From: Candidatus Micrarchaeota archaeon
GTDB taxonomy: Archaea; Micrarchaeota; Micrarchaeia; Micrarchaeales; CABMGC01
NCBI GenBank assembly: GCA_021848065.1
Contig: JAJZNA010000014.1
Coordinates: forward strand, 30,803-94,802
Length of the DNA stretch: 64,000 bases
Reading direction: 5' to 3'
Shown here piece after piece: positions 8,524 through 17,382 of the stretch. Position 1 is the stretch's first letter. Each line of letters begins with the position of its first letter. Under the pieces are notes generated by a model. It searched no databases, had not been told where the DNA came from, and was given only the letters and a program-made list of their open reading frames with translations. Both the position numbers and the translations under genes were made by a program.

Positions 8524-9000
8524 TTGAACATGGCAATATCTATCCGGAAGGGAACCGAGAATGATTTCGACGCGCTGATGGGCCTGATAAAGGACCTGGC
8601 AGTATTCGAGAAGTCTCCGGACGCCGTCAGGAATTCGCCAGAGCTCATGAAGCTCGATAAGGACCTCTTCGGATTCTTTGTCGCAGAAGATGGCGGCAGG
8701 ATCGTAGGATATGCCCTTTATTTCTTCGCGTACTTCTCATGGGTCGGAAAGAGCCTGTATCTTGAGGATATCTATGTCGCTCCGGAGCACAGGGGCAGGA
8801 AGGTGGGATACCTGCTTATGAAAAGGGTTGTGGAGCTTGCGAAGTCTGAAGGGTGCCGCAGGATGAGGTGGCAGGTCCTTTCATGGAATGAAAAGGCAAT
8901 ACGTTTCTACAAGCGCTGCGGTGCAGAAGTAGATGATGAATGGCTGAACTGCACTCTTGATGAAGCAGGTATAGCCGGATTCCTAAAATCAAAGACGTGA
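8524..9000 (+). CDS. GNAT family N-acetyltransferase (diamine/SSAT-like)
   Basis: 158 aa. Acetyl-CoA motif A (RGRKVGYLLM) and a C-terminal WNEKAIRFYKRCGA motif typical of GNATs. Confidence 0.8.
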   Translation: MNMAISIRKGTENDFDALMGLIKDLAVFEKSPDAVRNSPELMKLDKDLFGFFVAEDGGRIVGYALYFFAYFSWVGKSLYLEDIYVAPEHRGRKVGYLLMKRVVELAKSEGCRRMRWQVLSWNEKAIRFYKRCGAEVDDEWLNCTLDEAGIAGFLKSKT

Positions 9001-9054
9001 ATATACACCAAGGCAATTCCAGACATACTCATATCCCAACAAGCGCCATATGCC

Positions 9055-9873
9055 CTAGAGCCTTGAATACTTCATTGGCTTGGTCTTCTTTGCCACAATT
9101 CCATAAGCCACAGACGTACAGGCCTGCCACCACGACGCGCATATGTCCGCGAATATGAACGTAAGCACTGCAAGGTAGGGCATCAGGGCTGTGCCGCTGA
9201 AAAATGCGTCCAGTGGCACAAGGGCTATGAGCGGAAGATATGACACGATGTTGGCAGCCAGCATGGCCATCGACTGGCCGCTGAGGAACATCCAGCTGTT
9301 GTTCATCGCAGTGCTCCTCCCGTACTTCTTTCCGCCTGCCATCTGCACCGAGATTGACGAATCCAGGTTTGCTATATGCAGCAGGAATGCCACCGCCAGA
9401 AGCACAATGAACGTTATGGCCGAAAGCAACGTGAAGCCCGCAGCATCCCTAAATGCCAGGGCTATAAGGGCCACGTACGAAGCCGCAACAAGCGGCTCGG
9501 CATATGCCAGCGACATTATCATAGAATCGACTACCCCCGGCGCCTCCATGCCCGAGAGCCTTGCCTTTGCGAGCGAAGATAAGGGCGCAGCGATAAGTAT
9601 TCCAAATGCGAAAAATGCAGACGCATAAAAAATGAACGTAGCAGCGGAAGCCGTGCCAAATGCCGCAAGCGCGTAAAGCGCAAATGCTGCGCTTCCTGGC
9701 ATATTCAATGCCAATGCCGAGGGCCTTGATGCGAGCAGGCCCAAGGAGTGCCCTATCATATCCTTTTCAGATATCTCCGGAGCTACCTTATGCGTGCCAC
9801 CGAACTCGCCCTCCTTGTCTTCGCTGAATGTATGGGCCCTAAGTTTCTCACGCTCAGATTGGCTTATGGGCAT
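9055..9873 (-). CDS. polytopic membrane protein, unknown function
   Basis: 272 aa with at least six hydrophobic helices. Immediately downstream of the YbjQ-like gene on the same strand. Confidence 0.5.
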   Translation of the reverse strand: MPISQSEREKLRAHTFSEDKEGEFGGTHKVAPEISEKDMIGHSLGLLASRPSALALNMPGSAAFALYALAAFGTASAATFIFYASAFFAFGILIAAPLSSLAKARLSGMEAPGVVDSMIMSLAYAEPLVAASYVALIALAFRDAAGFTLLSAITFIVLLAVAFLLHIANLDSSISVQMAGGKKYGRSTAMNNSWMFLSGQSMAMLAANIVSYLPLIALVPLDAFFSGTALMPYLAVLTFIFADICASWWQACTSVAYGIVAKKTKPMKYSRL

Positions 9874-9878
9874 CGAAT

Positions 9879-10259
9879 CTACTTGTCAACAGGTAGTACT
9901 ACTGTGGGCTTGCTGCCAGAAGTGCTCTTAGTCCCCACGTACTTTATCGCCGTGCCTATGGCTGTTATCTCCATCCAGCTGCCCATCGGTATTACATTGA
10001 GCTTGACTTCCACTACCCCGTCTGCCCCCAGCTTCTCAGCCTCCTCCTTCATCCTTCCAAGTGCAAGCTCCCTAGCATTGTAAAGCAATTCCGTTATCTG
10101 TGGTACCTCTCCCTTGGTCATGCCCTTCATCGCGCTTCCAATGCCTCCTGTCACTCCCATGCTGTAAACCGAGTTGCCTACCACCAGCCCTACTGGCATG
10201 TACCCCCTGTCCAGTAGCATCCAGAAATCCGATGTGCTCAGATCGCTTGTAAATACCAT
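9879..10259 (-). CDS. YbjQ/UPF0145 family protein
   Basis: 126 aa. The N-terminal pattern SDFWMLLDRGYMPVGLVVGNSVYSMG... and the Gly-rich middle resemble the UPF0145 (DUF74) family. Confidence 0.6.
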   Translation of the reverse strand: MVFTSDLSTSDFWMLLDRGYMPVGLVVGNSVYSMGVTGGIGSAMKGMTKGEVPQITELLYNARELALGRMKEEAEKLGADGVVEVKLNVIPMGSWMEITAIGTAIKYVGTKSTSGSKPTVVLPVDK

Positions 10260-10319
10260 ATTGATCTTTCTATACTACCTCCTCCCAGATTTAAAAATCA
10301 TATGTTTGCATATATCCAT

Positions 10320-10613
10320 ATGGCCGTCCAGCAGACGCGTAACCCGTTCAGCGGCATCAACAATTTCAGTGGATTCAAGAGCAATGCTAATGGCGCATTT
10401 CTAGCATTCGCGCTCGGCATAATTCTGTTGCTTATTGGCTCGTGGATAATAGGAATAATCCTAATGTACGCCGGATTTAGCATATTCACAAGGTCGGCAA
10501 AATTCGTCGTAAGGCCTCAGCAGAACGTTTCAATGTATGCCGATGAGCAGGACGGCTTTGAGGACACTGCGGCCATTCAGCCTCCATCATTTGCAACCCC
10601 CGGCACATACTGA
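10320..10613 (+). CDS. small membrane protein
   Basis: ORF-track frame 10302-10613. The ATG at 10320 gives MAVQQTRNPF..., with one long hydrophobic hairpin (AFLAFALGIILLLIGSWIIGIILMYAGFSIF). Confidence 0.35.
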   Translation: MAVQQTRNPFSGINNFSGFKSNANGAFLAFALGIILLLIGSWIIGIILMYAGFSIFTRSAKFVVRPQQNVSMYADEQDGFEDTAAIQPPSFATPGTY

Positions 10614-10829
10614 CATGCAGAAATCTCCAGCAGTATCTTATTACATACGGCTTTTACACCGGTTTCATCTACGGGGCGTTGTAAATTTGCAAGCGTGAGG
10701 CAAGTATCATCACATCGACCTTTAATCACGATTCATCCTTCATTGATCCACTTCATCTACTTGCCTTTGGATCAAAGTAATCAGTGCATGCCGTAAAAAG
10801 CTTATAAGCCTGGGTGGTTGTTTCGACCA

Positions 10830-10842
10830 AAAGCCTCCGGCG
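10830..10842. repeat. 13-bp duplicate of the tRNA-Thr 3' end (aaagcctccggcg), att-like
   Basis: Identical to 11521-11533, which covers the discriminator, the 3' acceptor strand and the first T-stem bases of tRNA-Thr. Together they bracket the AT-rich VOC gene. Confidence 0.6.
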
Positions 10843-10938
10843 TGCTTCAAACGTGCCGCAATACAAGCCCTTAAACTGGATATATAATGTTTTTTATCTG
10901 TTTTGGTTTGCAAGGGATTATATATCAAATAACTCAAA

Positions 10939-11358
10939 GTGTTTGATGTAGGTGAATGTGTGCAAACTAAGTCAAAAGACCCACTAGGTCATCTAAAGTT
11001 GTCAGTTAGAGATTTTGGTGCTAGCAGAACATTCTATGCTAGACTATTCGATACGCTCGAATTCAAGCAGATTTCTGATAAGGGGCAGAGTGCTGGTTGG
11101 GTAACTAAGGACGGCTTTGGCATCTGGATAGCACAGGCAGAGATACTGGAACCTAAGCATGTCTTCTCTGCACCTGGTTTCCATCACCTATGTGTGAAAG
11201 CTTCTTCTGAATCACAAGTAGACCAAATTTACGATTTGGTTAAAGGAGAGATACAAATATTTAATCCACCTAAGAAGTATCCTGAATATACTCCTGACTA
11301 TTATGCAGTATTCTTTGCAGATCCAGATGGAATGAAAATAGAAGTTGCCTACTATTAG
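10939..11358 (+). CDS. VOC/glyoxalase-bleomycin resistance family protein
   Basis: 139 aa (GTG start in the track). Paired beta-alpha-beta-beta-beta pattern with HLKLSVRDFGASRTFY... and YAVFFADPDGMKIEV. Confidence 0.7.
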   Translation: MFDVGECVQTKSKDPLGHLKLSVRDFGASRTFYARLFDTLEFKQISDKGQSAGWVTKDGFGIWIAQAEILEPKHVFSAPGFHHLCVKASSESQVDQIYDLVKGEIQIFNPPKKYPEYTPDYYAVFFADPDGMKIEVAYY

Positions 11359-11522
11359 CCTAAGTCAACAGCCTTCATAAGCTTGTAAATATTCAAGTGC
11401 GATCCTTTTTGAGGGCTTTTTATATTTACGAGACACCAATTTCTCTGACCAAACCCAAAATGGGCTCAAAAACCAAAAGGTTTATATAAAAACGATAAGG
11501 GCTTATAACACGCCACACATAA

Positions 11523-11594
11523 AGCCTCCGGCGAGGATTGCACTCGCGACCTCGTCCTTACCAAGGACGCGCTCTACTACTGAGCTACAGAGGC
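11523..11594 (-). tRNA. tRNA-Thr (anticodon GGU)
   Basis: Cloverleaf on the minus strand. Acceptor GCCTCTG/CGGAGGC (one G-U), D stem GCTC/GAGC, anticodon stem CGTCC/GGACG with loop TTGGTAA, T arm GCGAG-TGCAATC-CTCGC. The T loop is unusual. Confidence 0.85.
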
Positions 11595-11647
11595 ATACAT
11601 CAGTTAATCCAAATATATGTTTTTAAGTATTTGCGTCAATATAAACC

Positions 11648-12295
11648 ATGGTAATATCAATGGGCCTAATAACGGATATAGCCATTGCGGTCATAGTACT
11701 CCTCGCAGCATTCGTCCTTGGAGTGATAGTGATGTACAACGGCTTCATATCCAGGCGAAACCGTGTTCAGGACGCCTGGGCGCAGATTGATGTGCAGCTC
11801 AAGAGAAGATACGACCTCATACCTAACCTAGTAAACACCGTCAAGGGATACAGGGATTTCGAGAAGAGCGTTCTCACCACAGTCACGCAGCTAAGGAGCT
11901 CAATAGTTTCGGGATCAGTGCAGGATAAGGCAACTGCAAACAACAAGATCTCACAGGCCCTCAAATCCATATTCGCAGTGGCAGAAAACTACCCGGAGCT
12001 AAAGGCCTCAGATAATTTCAAGCAGTTGCAGTCGTCATTGGAGGATACCGAAGATAAGATAGCCTTCGTAAGGACTTCCTACAACGACTACGTCCTTGAT
12101 TATAATAATGCAATACAGCAATTCCCGGGCAACCTGTTTGCGGGGATGTTCAATTTCCAGAGGACAGACTTCTTCCAGGCTCCGGAAGAGGAACGCGCAG
12201 CAATAAAGGTCGATTTCAGCGACAGCGCCCAGCAGCCTGGGCAATCCCCAAAGAAGGCACAGACGAAGAAAGGCAGCGCATCAAAGCAAAAATAA
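11648..12295 (+). CDS. lemA: LemA family protein
   Basis: 215 aa. N-terminal TM helix, then NRVQDAWAQIDVQLKRRYDLIPNLV and ENYPELKA motifs characteristic of LemA. Confidence 0.85.
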   Translation: MVISMGLITDIAIAVIVLLAAFVLGVIVMYNGFISRRNRVQDAWAQIDVQLKRRYDLIPNLVNTVKGYRDFEKSVLTTVTQLRSSIVSGSVQDKATANNKISQALKSIFAVAENYPELKASDNFKQLQSSLEDTEDKIAFVRTSYNDYVLDYNNAIQQFPGNLFAGMFNFQRTDFFQAPEEERAAIKVDFSDSAQQPGQSPKKAQTKKGSASKQK

Positions 12296-12312
12296 ACCAA
12301 CCGGTATGATCA

Positions 12313-13206
12313 ATGACAAGCTTTTTCGACGAAATCTCGCGCAATAGGCTTAGGTCTGTCCTGCTTATGGCGCTGTTCTCCCTTATCTTCTTTGTATTCA
12401 TATACCTGTTTGTAGAATATCTTGGTGGCGGGCCTTTCGCCATGGTTGTCGGCGGAATCGTAATAGTTGGTTATGCGCTGTTCTCATACTTCCAGGGCTC
12501 AAAGGTGGTGCTTGCCATCTCACACGCAAAGAAGGCCTCAAAGAAGGACTATCCTTCCCTGTTCAGTGCAGTTGAAGGCCTATCAAGTGCATCTCAGATA
12601 CCAATGCCTGAAGTTTACGTGATAAATGATCCAAATCCAAATGCCTTCGCAACAGGAAGGGACCGCAAGCATGCGTCAGTTGCAGTCACTTCGGGCCTTC
12701 TGTCAATGATGGACAAGAACGAGCTGCAGGGCGTGATAGCCCATGAGATATCCCACATATACGATAATGACATACAGTTCATGATGCTTGCTGTTGTGTT
12801 TGCAGGGGTGATAGGTCTGCTCGCCGGATTCATAAGGACCATGTTCTGGTTCGGCGCCGGAGGGAGGCGGAACGGGAACGGGGTAATACTCGTAGTCGCT
12901 CTTGTGATGAGCGTCGTAGCCCCAATAATGGCGCTCCTCGTGCGCCTTGCCATATCAAGGAGAAGGGAGTACATGGCAGATGCAAACGGTGCAAGGATAA
13001 CCAGAAGCCCTGCCTCACTGGCAAGCGCACTGCAGAAGATACAGGCATATACGTCAAAGCCCAACGCCCCTCCAGTGGCACATGCAAATGATATGACTGC
13101 CCCGCTGTACTTCTCCAATCCGCTCAAAAAGGAATCATTTACCAATCTGTTCTCAACGCACCCCCCGATAACAGAGCGCATAAAACGTCTCAAGGAAATG
13201 TACTAA
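12313..13206 (+). CDS. htpX: M48 zinc metalloprotease HtpX
   Basis: 297 aa. HEISHI (HExxH) between TM helices and a C-terminal STHPPITERI motif. The LemA-HtpX pairing is a common conserved module. Confidence 0.85.
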   Translation: MTSFFDEISRNRLRSVLLMALFSLIFFVFIYLFVEYLGGGPFAMVVGGIVIVGYALFSYFQGSKVVLAISHAKKASKKDYPSLFSAVEGLSSASQIPMPEVYVINDPNPNAFATGRDRKHASVAVTSGLLSMMDKNELQGVIAHEISHIYDNDIQFMMLAVVFAGVIGLLAGFIRTMFWFGAGGRRNGNGVILVVALVMSVVAPIMALLVRLAISRRREYMADANGARITRSPASLASALQKIQAYTSKPNAPPVAHANDMTAPLYFSNPLKKESFTNLFSTHPPITERIKRLKEMY

Positions 13207-13222
13207 ACACTCCTGCTTATTT

Positions 13223-14557
13223 CTATTGCGCCGAATTTGCGCCTCCTTCAATGGCATTCAGCGGTACCTTCACTTCCTCAACCTTGACAGAGCTCTTCGC
13301 AGTCCTCAGCGTGAAAACGCTTGCAAGCACAAATATGCCGCTGGTTATGTAAAGTATTGTGAATCCTGACAGCACTATTATGCCGCTAAGGAATGACCCC
13401 ACGAAATATCCTGCCCATCCTATCCCATTGTAGATGCCCATGGAGCTTCCTCTGTTCCCCTCGCCTATCATCATGAAAAGCAGCGTGTACGATGCCGTAT
13501 AATACAATGGATACGAAAGGCCGGCCACTGCAGTGTAAGCCGCCACGTTGGCAATGAAAAATGCCAGTCCGCCTACAAAGAAGCTGAGGCCTACAAACAC
13601 GTATGAGACCGCCCTGACAGTTGTCATGCTCTCTGTAATTTCAAACAGCCTGTTGCTCTTTATGATCTTGAGGGCATAATAGAACAGAAGAGTTTCTACT
13701 ATCATGCCTACTAGTATCACAACGAATACCATGGATTCGCTAAGCCCGTGTATGTAGAGCGATGCCGGGTAAATCGTGTTGAACATGCTCATGCCCACGT
13801 TGAAAAAGAGCCATGATATGCACATCAGCGCGAATGGGGCTTTCAGCTTAGAGAAGCTCAATCTTCCGAATCGTGGTATGTGCAGCTTTTGCGGAAGCCT
13901 TATGGTGCGTAGCGGATATGAAAACACTGCAAATATCATGTTGTTAAGCTGCTTTGTCACCGATTCCTTCTTTGCAACTGACACCTTTGGCTCTATCACA
14001 TACTTCGCTGCGAACGCTGTGGAGGCCAGTGATGCGAATGCGAATATGAGCACCAGAAGCCTGAGTCCAGACGCCTGCGCCATGAAGGACCCGATCACAA
14101 GCCCGATTATCATGCCGAAATTGACTATAGCCTGCAACCTGGAGAAGCTCTTCGACCAGTTCTCCTTCTTCTCAGTCTCCATTACCAGGAGGTTGTAGGG
14201 CGTGACGTTTGCCGACTGGAAAAGTGCTATTGCGGCATATATGTTGGCCACATCTATGATGCTTCTGGCAAAATACATTAGGAAGAGGAGGGCTGTTATT
14301 CCTGCATAAGACAAAAGTATGAAGGGCTTTCTCTTCCCGCTTGTATCAGCAAGCTTGCCCCATATGAATGTTGTTACCATTGCAACTGCATTGAAGCTGG
14401 TTACAGCGAATGCAACGTTCAGTGCACTGCCTCCCAAGTTCAGTATGAGAAGCGGCACAAGCGTGGACAGCGGTGCATAAGCTATGCTGGCCGGAAGGGA
14501 TGCAATCATCCATTTCGTGTAACTCTTAGAATTAGACAACTCTTTGTTTATATGCAT
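13223..14557 (-). CDS. MFS transporter
   Basis: 444 aa with about 12 predicted helices and a GKLADTSGKRKP loop between TM2 and TM3 (MFS signature-like). Confidence 0.7.
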   Translation of the reverse strand: MHINKELSNSKSYTKWMIASLPASIAYAPLSTLVPLLILNLGGSALNVAFAVTSFNAVAMVTTFIWGKLADTSGKRKPFILLSYAGITALLFLMYFARSIIDVANIYAAIALFQSANVTPYNLLVMETEKKENWSKSFSRLQAIVNFGMIIGLVIGSFMAQASGLRLLVLIFAFASLASTAFAAKYVIEPKVSVAKKESVTKQLNNMIFAVFSYPLRTIRLPQKLHIPRFGRLSFSKLKAPFALMCISWLFFNVGMSMFNTIYPASLYIHGLSESMVFVVILVGMIVETLLFYYALKIIKSNRLFEITESMTTVRAVSYVFVGLSFFVGGLAFFIANVAAYTAVAGLSYPLYYTASYTLLFMMIGEGNRGSSMGIYNGIGWAGYFVGSFLSGIIVLSGFTILYITSGIFVLASVFTLRTAKSSVKVEEVKVPLNAIEGGANSAQ

Positions 14558-14681
14558 TCAGGGTCGCTAGGTCGTTAAGAACGATAATCTATGAACTGCG
14601 AATGTCCTATTTAAACCTGTGCATAAAATACGGCAATATCGCAACACGCTTTAGGGCCTAGTTTCTAGCTGGATATTGGTG

Positions 14682-14785
14682 TGCAGGGGGTGAGATTTGA
14701 ACTCACGAAGGCGCTAAGCCACAGGATCTTAAGTCCTGCGCGTTTTTCCGTGGCTGAATGCCAGACCAGGCTCTGCCACCCCTGC
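14682..14785 (-). tRNA. tRNA-Leu (anticodon UAA) with about 18 extra nt in the D-loop region (probable non-canonical intron)
   Basis: Acceptor GCAGGGG/CCCCTGC, anticodon arm CAGGA-CTTAAGA-TCCTG, long variable arm (TGGCTTAGCGCCTTC), T arm GTGAG-TTCAAAT-CTCAC, discriminator A. The total is 104 nt versus about 85-88 expected. The surplus lies between the conserved GG of the D loop and the anticodon stem. Confidence 0.7.
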
Positions 14786-14905
14786 ATGTAGGTAATATGG
14801 GATATGCAATCTATTTAAGCCATTACAGCTTGTTCCAACAGGCTAGGGGTGTGCCTTCGCCCAAAACTGGAGCCATATGGCACGCCAACTCCATGCTCGC
14901 TGGAG

Positions 14906-15679
14906 TTACGCATACATGGACGGCCCGGTTCCTGTTACCTCTGCAGCCTTGTTGTAGTGCTCTGGGCTCTCCTTCATCTTCTTGAGCATGTCCCTTATCT
15001 TGGCTTCCACTGCCTTTGCCTCAGCGTCAAGGTCCTTGAGGTCAACTTCTATGTCTATTATCTTATTGAGGCCCGTGATTGCAAGCTCAGCATACTTGGG
15101 GTCCATTATCTGCGGATTCACTTCCACAAGTATGTTCATCGAGCTGACCTTGTACTGGTAAGCGTTGGTCATAAGCACGGCTCCCACTCCCGCCACAACG
15201 CCTGCGTCTATGGCCTTAAGCCCCTGTTTCGCAGCTTTCTTGATGACGTTGGGGTCTGGGGATGTTACAAATACCTCGTTCGATGGCTTTGCTGCAGGCA
15301 TGCCGCTTATGGATATTACTCTTGATATGTTGCTCTTCCTAACAAATGCGAGAAGTTCCCTTGCCAGTAGGTATACTGAAGATGCAGGTATTACGAACTC
15401 CGATATGGCAACCACTATCTTGTAGCCCTTGTCCACATAGAGCCTCGCGGGGAACATCGGAACGCCTCCGTGTATTGCCGCTATGGGTGGGAAGGTATCG
15501 CTGTCTATGTACCCTATCTGCTCCATCTTGAGCTTCTCGATCATGTAGCTTCCAGCCATTGGGCCGACCAGCCCTATCCCAGGAAATGCGTCGATAAGAG
15601 TGTACCCGCTGAGGTCATAGTCCTTGAAAAGTTTTATCTCTATCATAACACCAACAATAAGTCTTTGCCTTATAAACAT
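14906..15679 (-). CDS. PAC2-family proteasome assembly chaperone-like protein
   Basis: 257-aa frame; the likely true start is MIEIKLF at 15646. The IDAFPGIGLVGPMAGSYMIEKL... pattern is typical of the archaeal PAC2/COG1938 family. Confidence 0.55.
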   Translation of the reverse strand: MFIRQRLIVGVMIEIKLFKDYDLSGYTLIDAFPGIGLVGPMAGSYMIEKLKMEQIGYIDSDTFPPIAAIHGGVPMFPARLYVDKGYKIVVAISEFVIPASSVYLLARELLAFVRKSNISRVISISGMPAAKPSNEVFVTSPDPNVIKKAAKQGLKAIDAGVVAGVGAVLMTNAYQYKVSSMNILVEVNPQIMDPKYAELAITGLNKIIDIEVDLKDLDAEAKAVEAKIRDMLKKMKESPEHYNKAAEVTGTGPSMYA

Positions 15680-15773
15680 TTAAAACGATGCATACCTCCC
15701 TCGTATATATTTTACTCTCGGAGAGCCGACGATGAATATAAAAACATATGCGTCGTAATAATATCGTGATAAA

Positions 15774-16016
15774 ATGGCCGAAAGAGTTGGCGAAGAGAAA
15801 GTGAAAAGGGAAGACGGCTATCTTTACTTCTTGGGTAAGGATGGATATGTCTGGAAGACTCCTATGAAGAACAATCCTAGGGGTAGGAAGGCAAAGGTTA
15901 CCAGCGAGAAGGTACAGAGGCAGGAAGGTTTCCTTTACTTCATAGACAAGAATGGGTACGTTGCAAGGACAAAGATGAACAGGAAAGGAAGAATGGCAAG
16001 AAAGAGGAGAAGGTAA
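15774..16016 (+). CDS. small basic protein with an internal two-fold repeat
   Basis: 80 aa. EDGYLYFLGKDGYVWKTPMKNNPRGRKAKV is repeated as QEGFLYFIDKNGYVARTKMNRKGRMARKRR. An oligo-T tract follows the stop codon. Confidence 0.5.
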   Translation: MAERVGEEKVKREDGYLYFLGKDGYVWKTPMKNNPRGRKAKVTSEKVQRQEGFLYFIDKNGYVARTKMNRKGRMARKRRR

Positions 16017-16200
16017 AAACCTTCTTCCCATCATTCTTTTCCAGTTTTCTTTTTTTTACCTTTTTTTAATTCTTTTTTAATTATTATTGAACATACTCTT
16101 AGCCTTAGCATTAAGTCTTAGCATTAACGCAAATTGTGGGACACCCCACCAAAATGCCAATCTTTAAATATCAGTATTTTGGAATTTGAATTGGATAAAT

Positions 16201-17064
16201 ATGCGTATTTTTAAAACAGTTAGCGAACGCTATAAGGTTCTTCTTAGCGCAAGGAGGTCTGCACGTGAATCAATTGCGGAGGATAGGCAGGTTGAGTTGA
16301 TACTTGCCGGTCAGTACGAGAGCATTGAATTCACAACCCCAGCTTTATCAAAAGCGATAAAGGTGTTGTGGGACGCCTCACACACGCTTCCAATCTTCTA
16401 CAAGTCACTGACTGACCGCGGCATTGACTGCACTGAAGAGACTGTTAGAGCTACTGTTACTGGGCTCTTTGCAAAGTCGATACGCGATAACAATGAGCGT
16501 CTTGACGGCATGGCTATGGGTGACATAGCCTCACTGTCCGAGTTTTTCAAAATCACATTAACCGAAGGCGAGATTGCCGAAGCGCTTGTAGAATTGCAAA
16601 AACGCCATATAAGTGCCGGCAATTTTTCTAGTCTTGACGAATTCATGTCACACGCAATAGATGGAAGATCTCTTTTACCTCGTGCCATAGTAGAATGCGT
16701 CAGCTGGTCAAACTACGGTGAGTATCATCCCCTAGAAGTTGCAGCCAAATTACATGTACCTAATGAAATGGTCATAAACGCTGCGAGACAGCATACTGGA
16801 AGGCTTCACAATCAAGGCTTTGTATTCGAGGCGGCAGCCGTGAGGTTCTCTGTAAATCTTTCAATACCTAAAATCGACAGGGATGCGTTCGAACTACTCA
16901 GGTCCAATGGATATAACCTACCTGCCAGAACGCTTCTAAGTCACGCAGTAAAACTTCTGGGTCCTAAGCCTCCTGAAGATGGCATATATCTCCTAGTGGA
17001 ATCGGTGTCTCTTGACCGCGCCGAGGCAGACACTCTAAAATTTGCGGCCATATCTTCAGCCTAA
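16201..17064 (+). CDS. hypothetical protein
   Basis: The ORF-track frame opens with TTG at 16186. The first ATG at 16201 sits about 30 nt downstream of tttaaatat (16163-16171). No recognisable family. Confidence 0.45.
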   Translation: MRIFKTVSERYKVLLSARRSARESIAEDRQVELILAGQYESIEFTTPALSKAIKVLWDASHTLPIFYKSLTDRGIDCTEETVRATVTGLFAKSIRDNNERLDGMAMGDIASLSEFFKITLTEGEIAEALVELQKRHISAGNFSSLDEFMSHAIDGRSLLPRAIVECVSWSNYGEYHPLEVAAKLHVPNEMVINAARQHTGRLHNQGFVFEAAAVRFSVNLSIPKIDRDAFELLRSNGYNLPARTLLSHAVKLLGPKPPEDGIYLLVESVSLDRAEADTLKFAAISSA

Positions 17065-17169
17065 AATAGGTAGTCATATGGTGTCATATGATGATAGTGT
17101 AACAGTCTCCCACGACACCTTCTGCTCACCGAGGTTTTGCATGGACTTCCAAGAAACAGAAAAAGAAGG

Positions 17170-17181
17170 TATATTTATAAA
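17170..17181 (+). promoter_or_regulatory. candidate TATA box for the 23S rRNA precursor
   Basis: tatatttataaa, in otherwise non-coding sequence about 200 nt upstream of the mature 23S 5' end and upstream of the processing stem. Confidence 0.3.
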
Positions 17182-17363
17182 CCTTTTTAGCCAATCTATT
17201 TCGGTGCATTTATGGCCGGCATGAGCTTATAGAGGCTTATGTTTAGAGAGCGGTTTCTAATCTGCTTGATGATCGAACATATCAGGATGGCTTAGGCTAT
17301 CCCACCCCTATACGCGATGGTCATAGAAACTATATGATATTGCATGTACTGCAATTGATTTGA

Positions 17364-17380
17364 GGAGAAGCAAGCTTGAA
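17364..17380 (+). other. 5' strand of the 23S rRNA processing stem
   Basis: ggagaagcaagcttgaa is the perfect reverse complement of 20296-20312 (ttcaagcttgcttctcc). The pair encloses the whole 23S rRNA. Confidence 0.8.
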
Positions 17381-17382
17381 TA

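Noticed and set aside
10740-10937. 65-aa minus-strand ORF upstream of the VOC gene
   Set aside because: It spans the att-like repeat and the compositional boundary, and has no motif or plausible promoter geometry. It is likely spurious.
11648-13206. The LemA-HtpX gene pair as a candidate novel module
   Set aside because: This pairing is widespread and already well known, so it is ordinary membrane-stress housekeeping.
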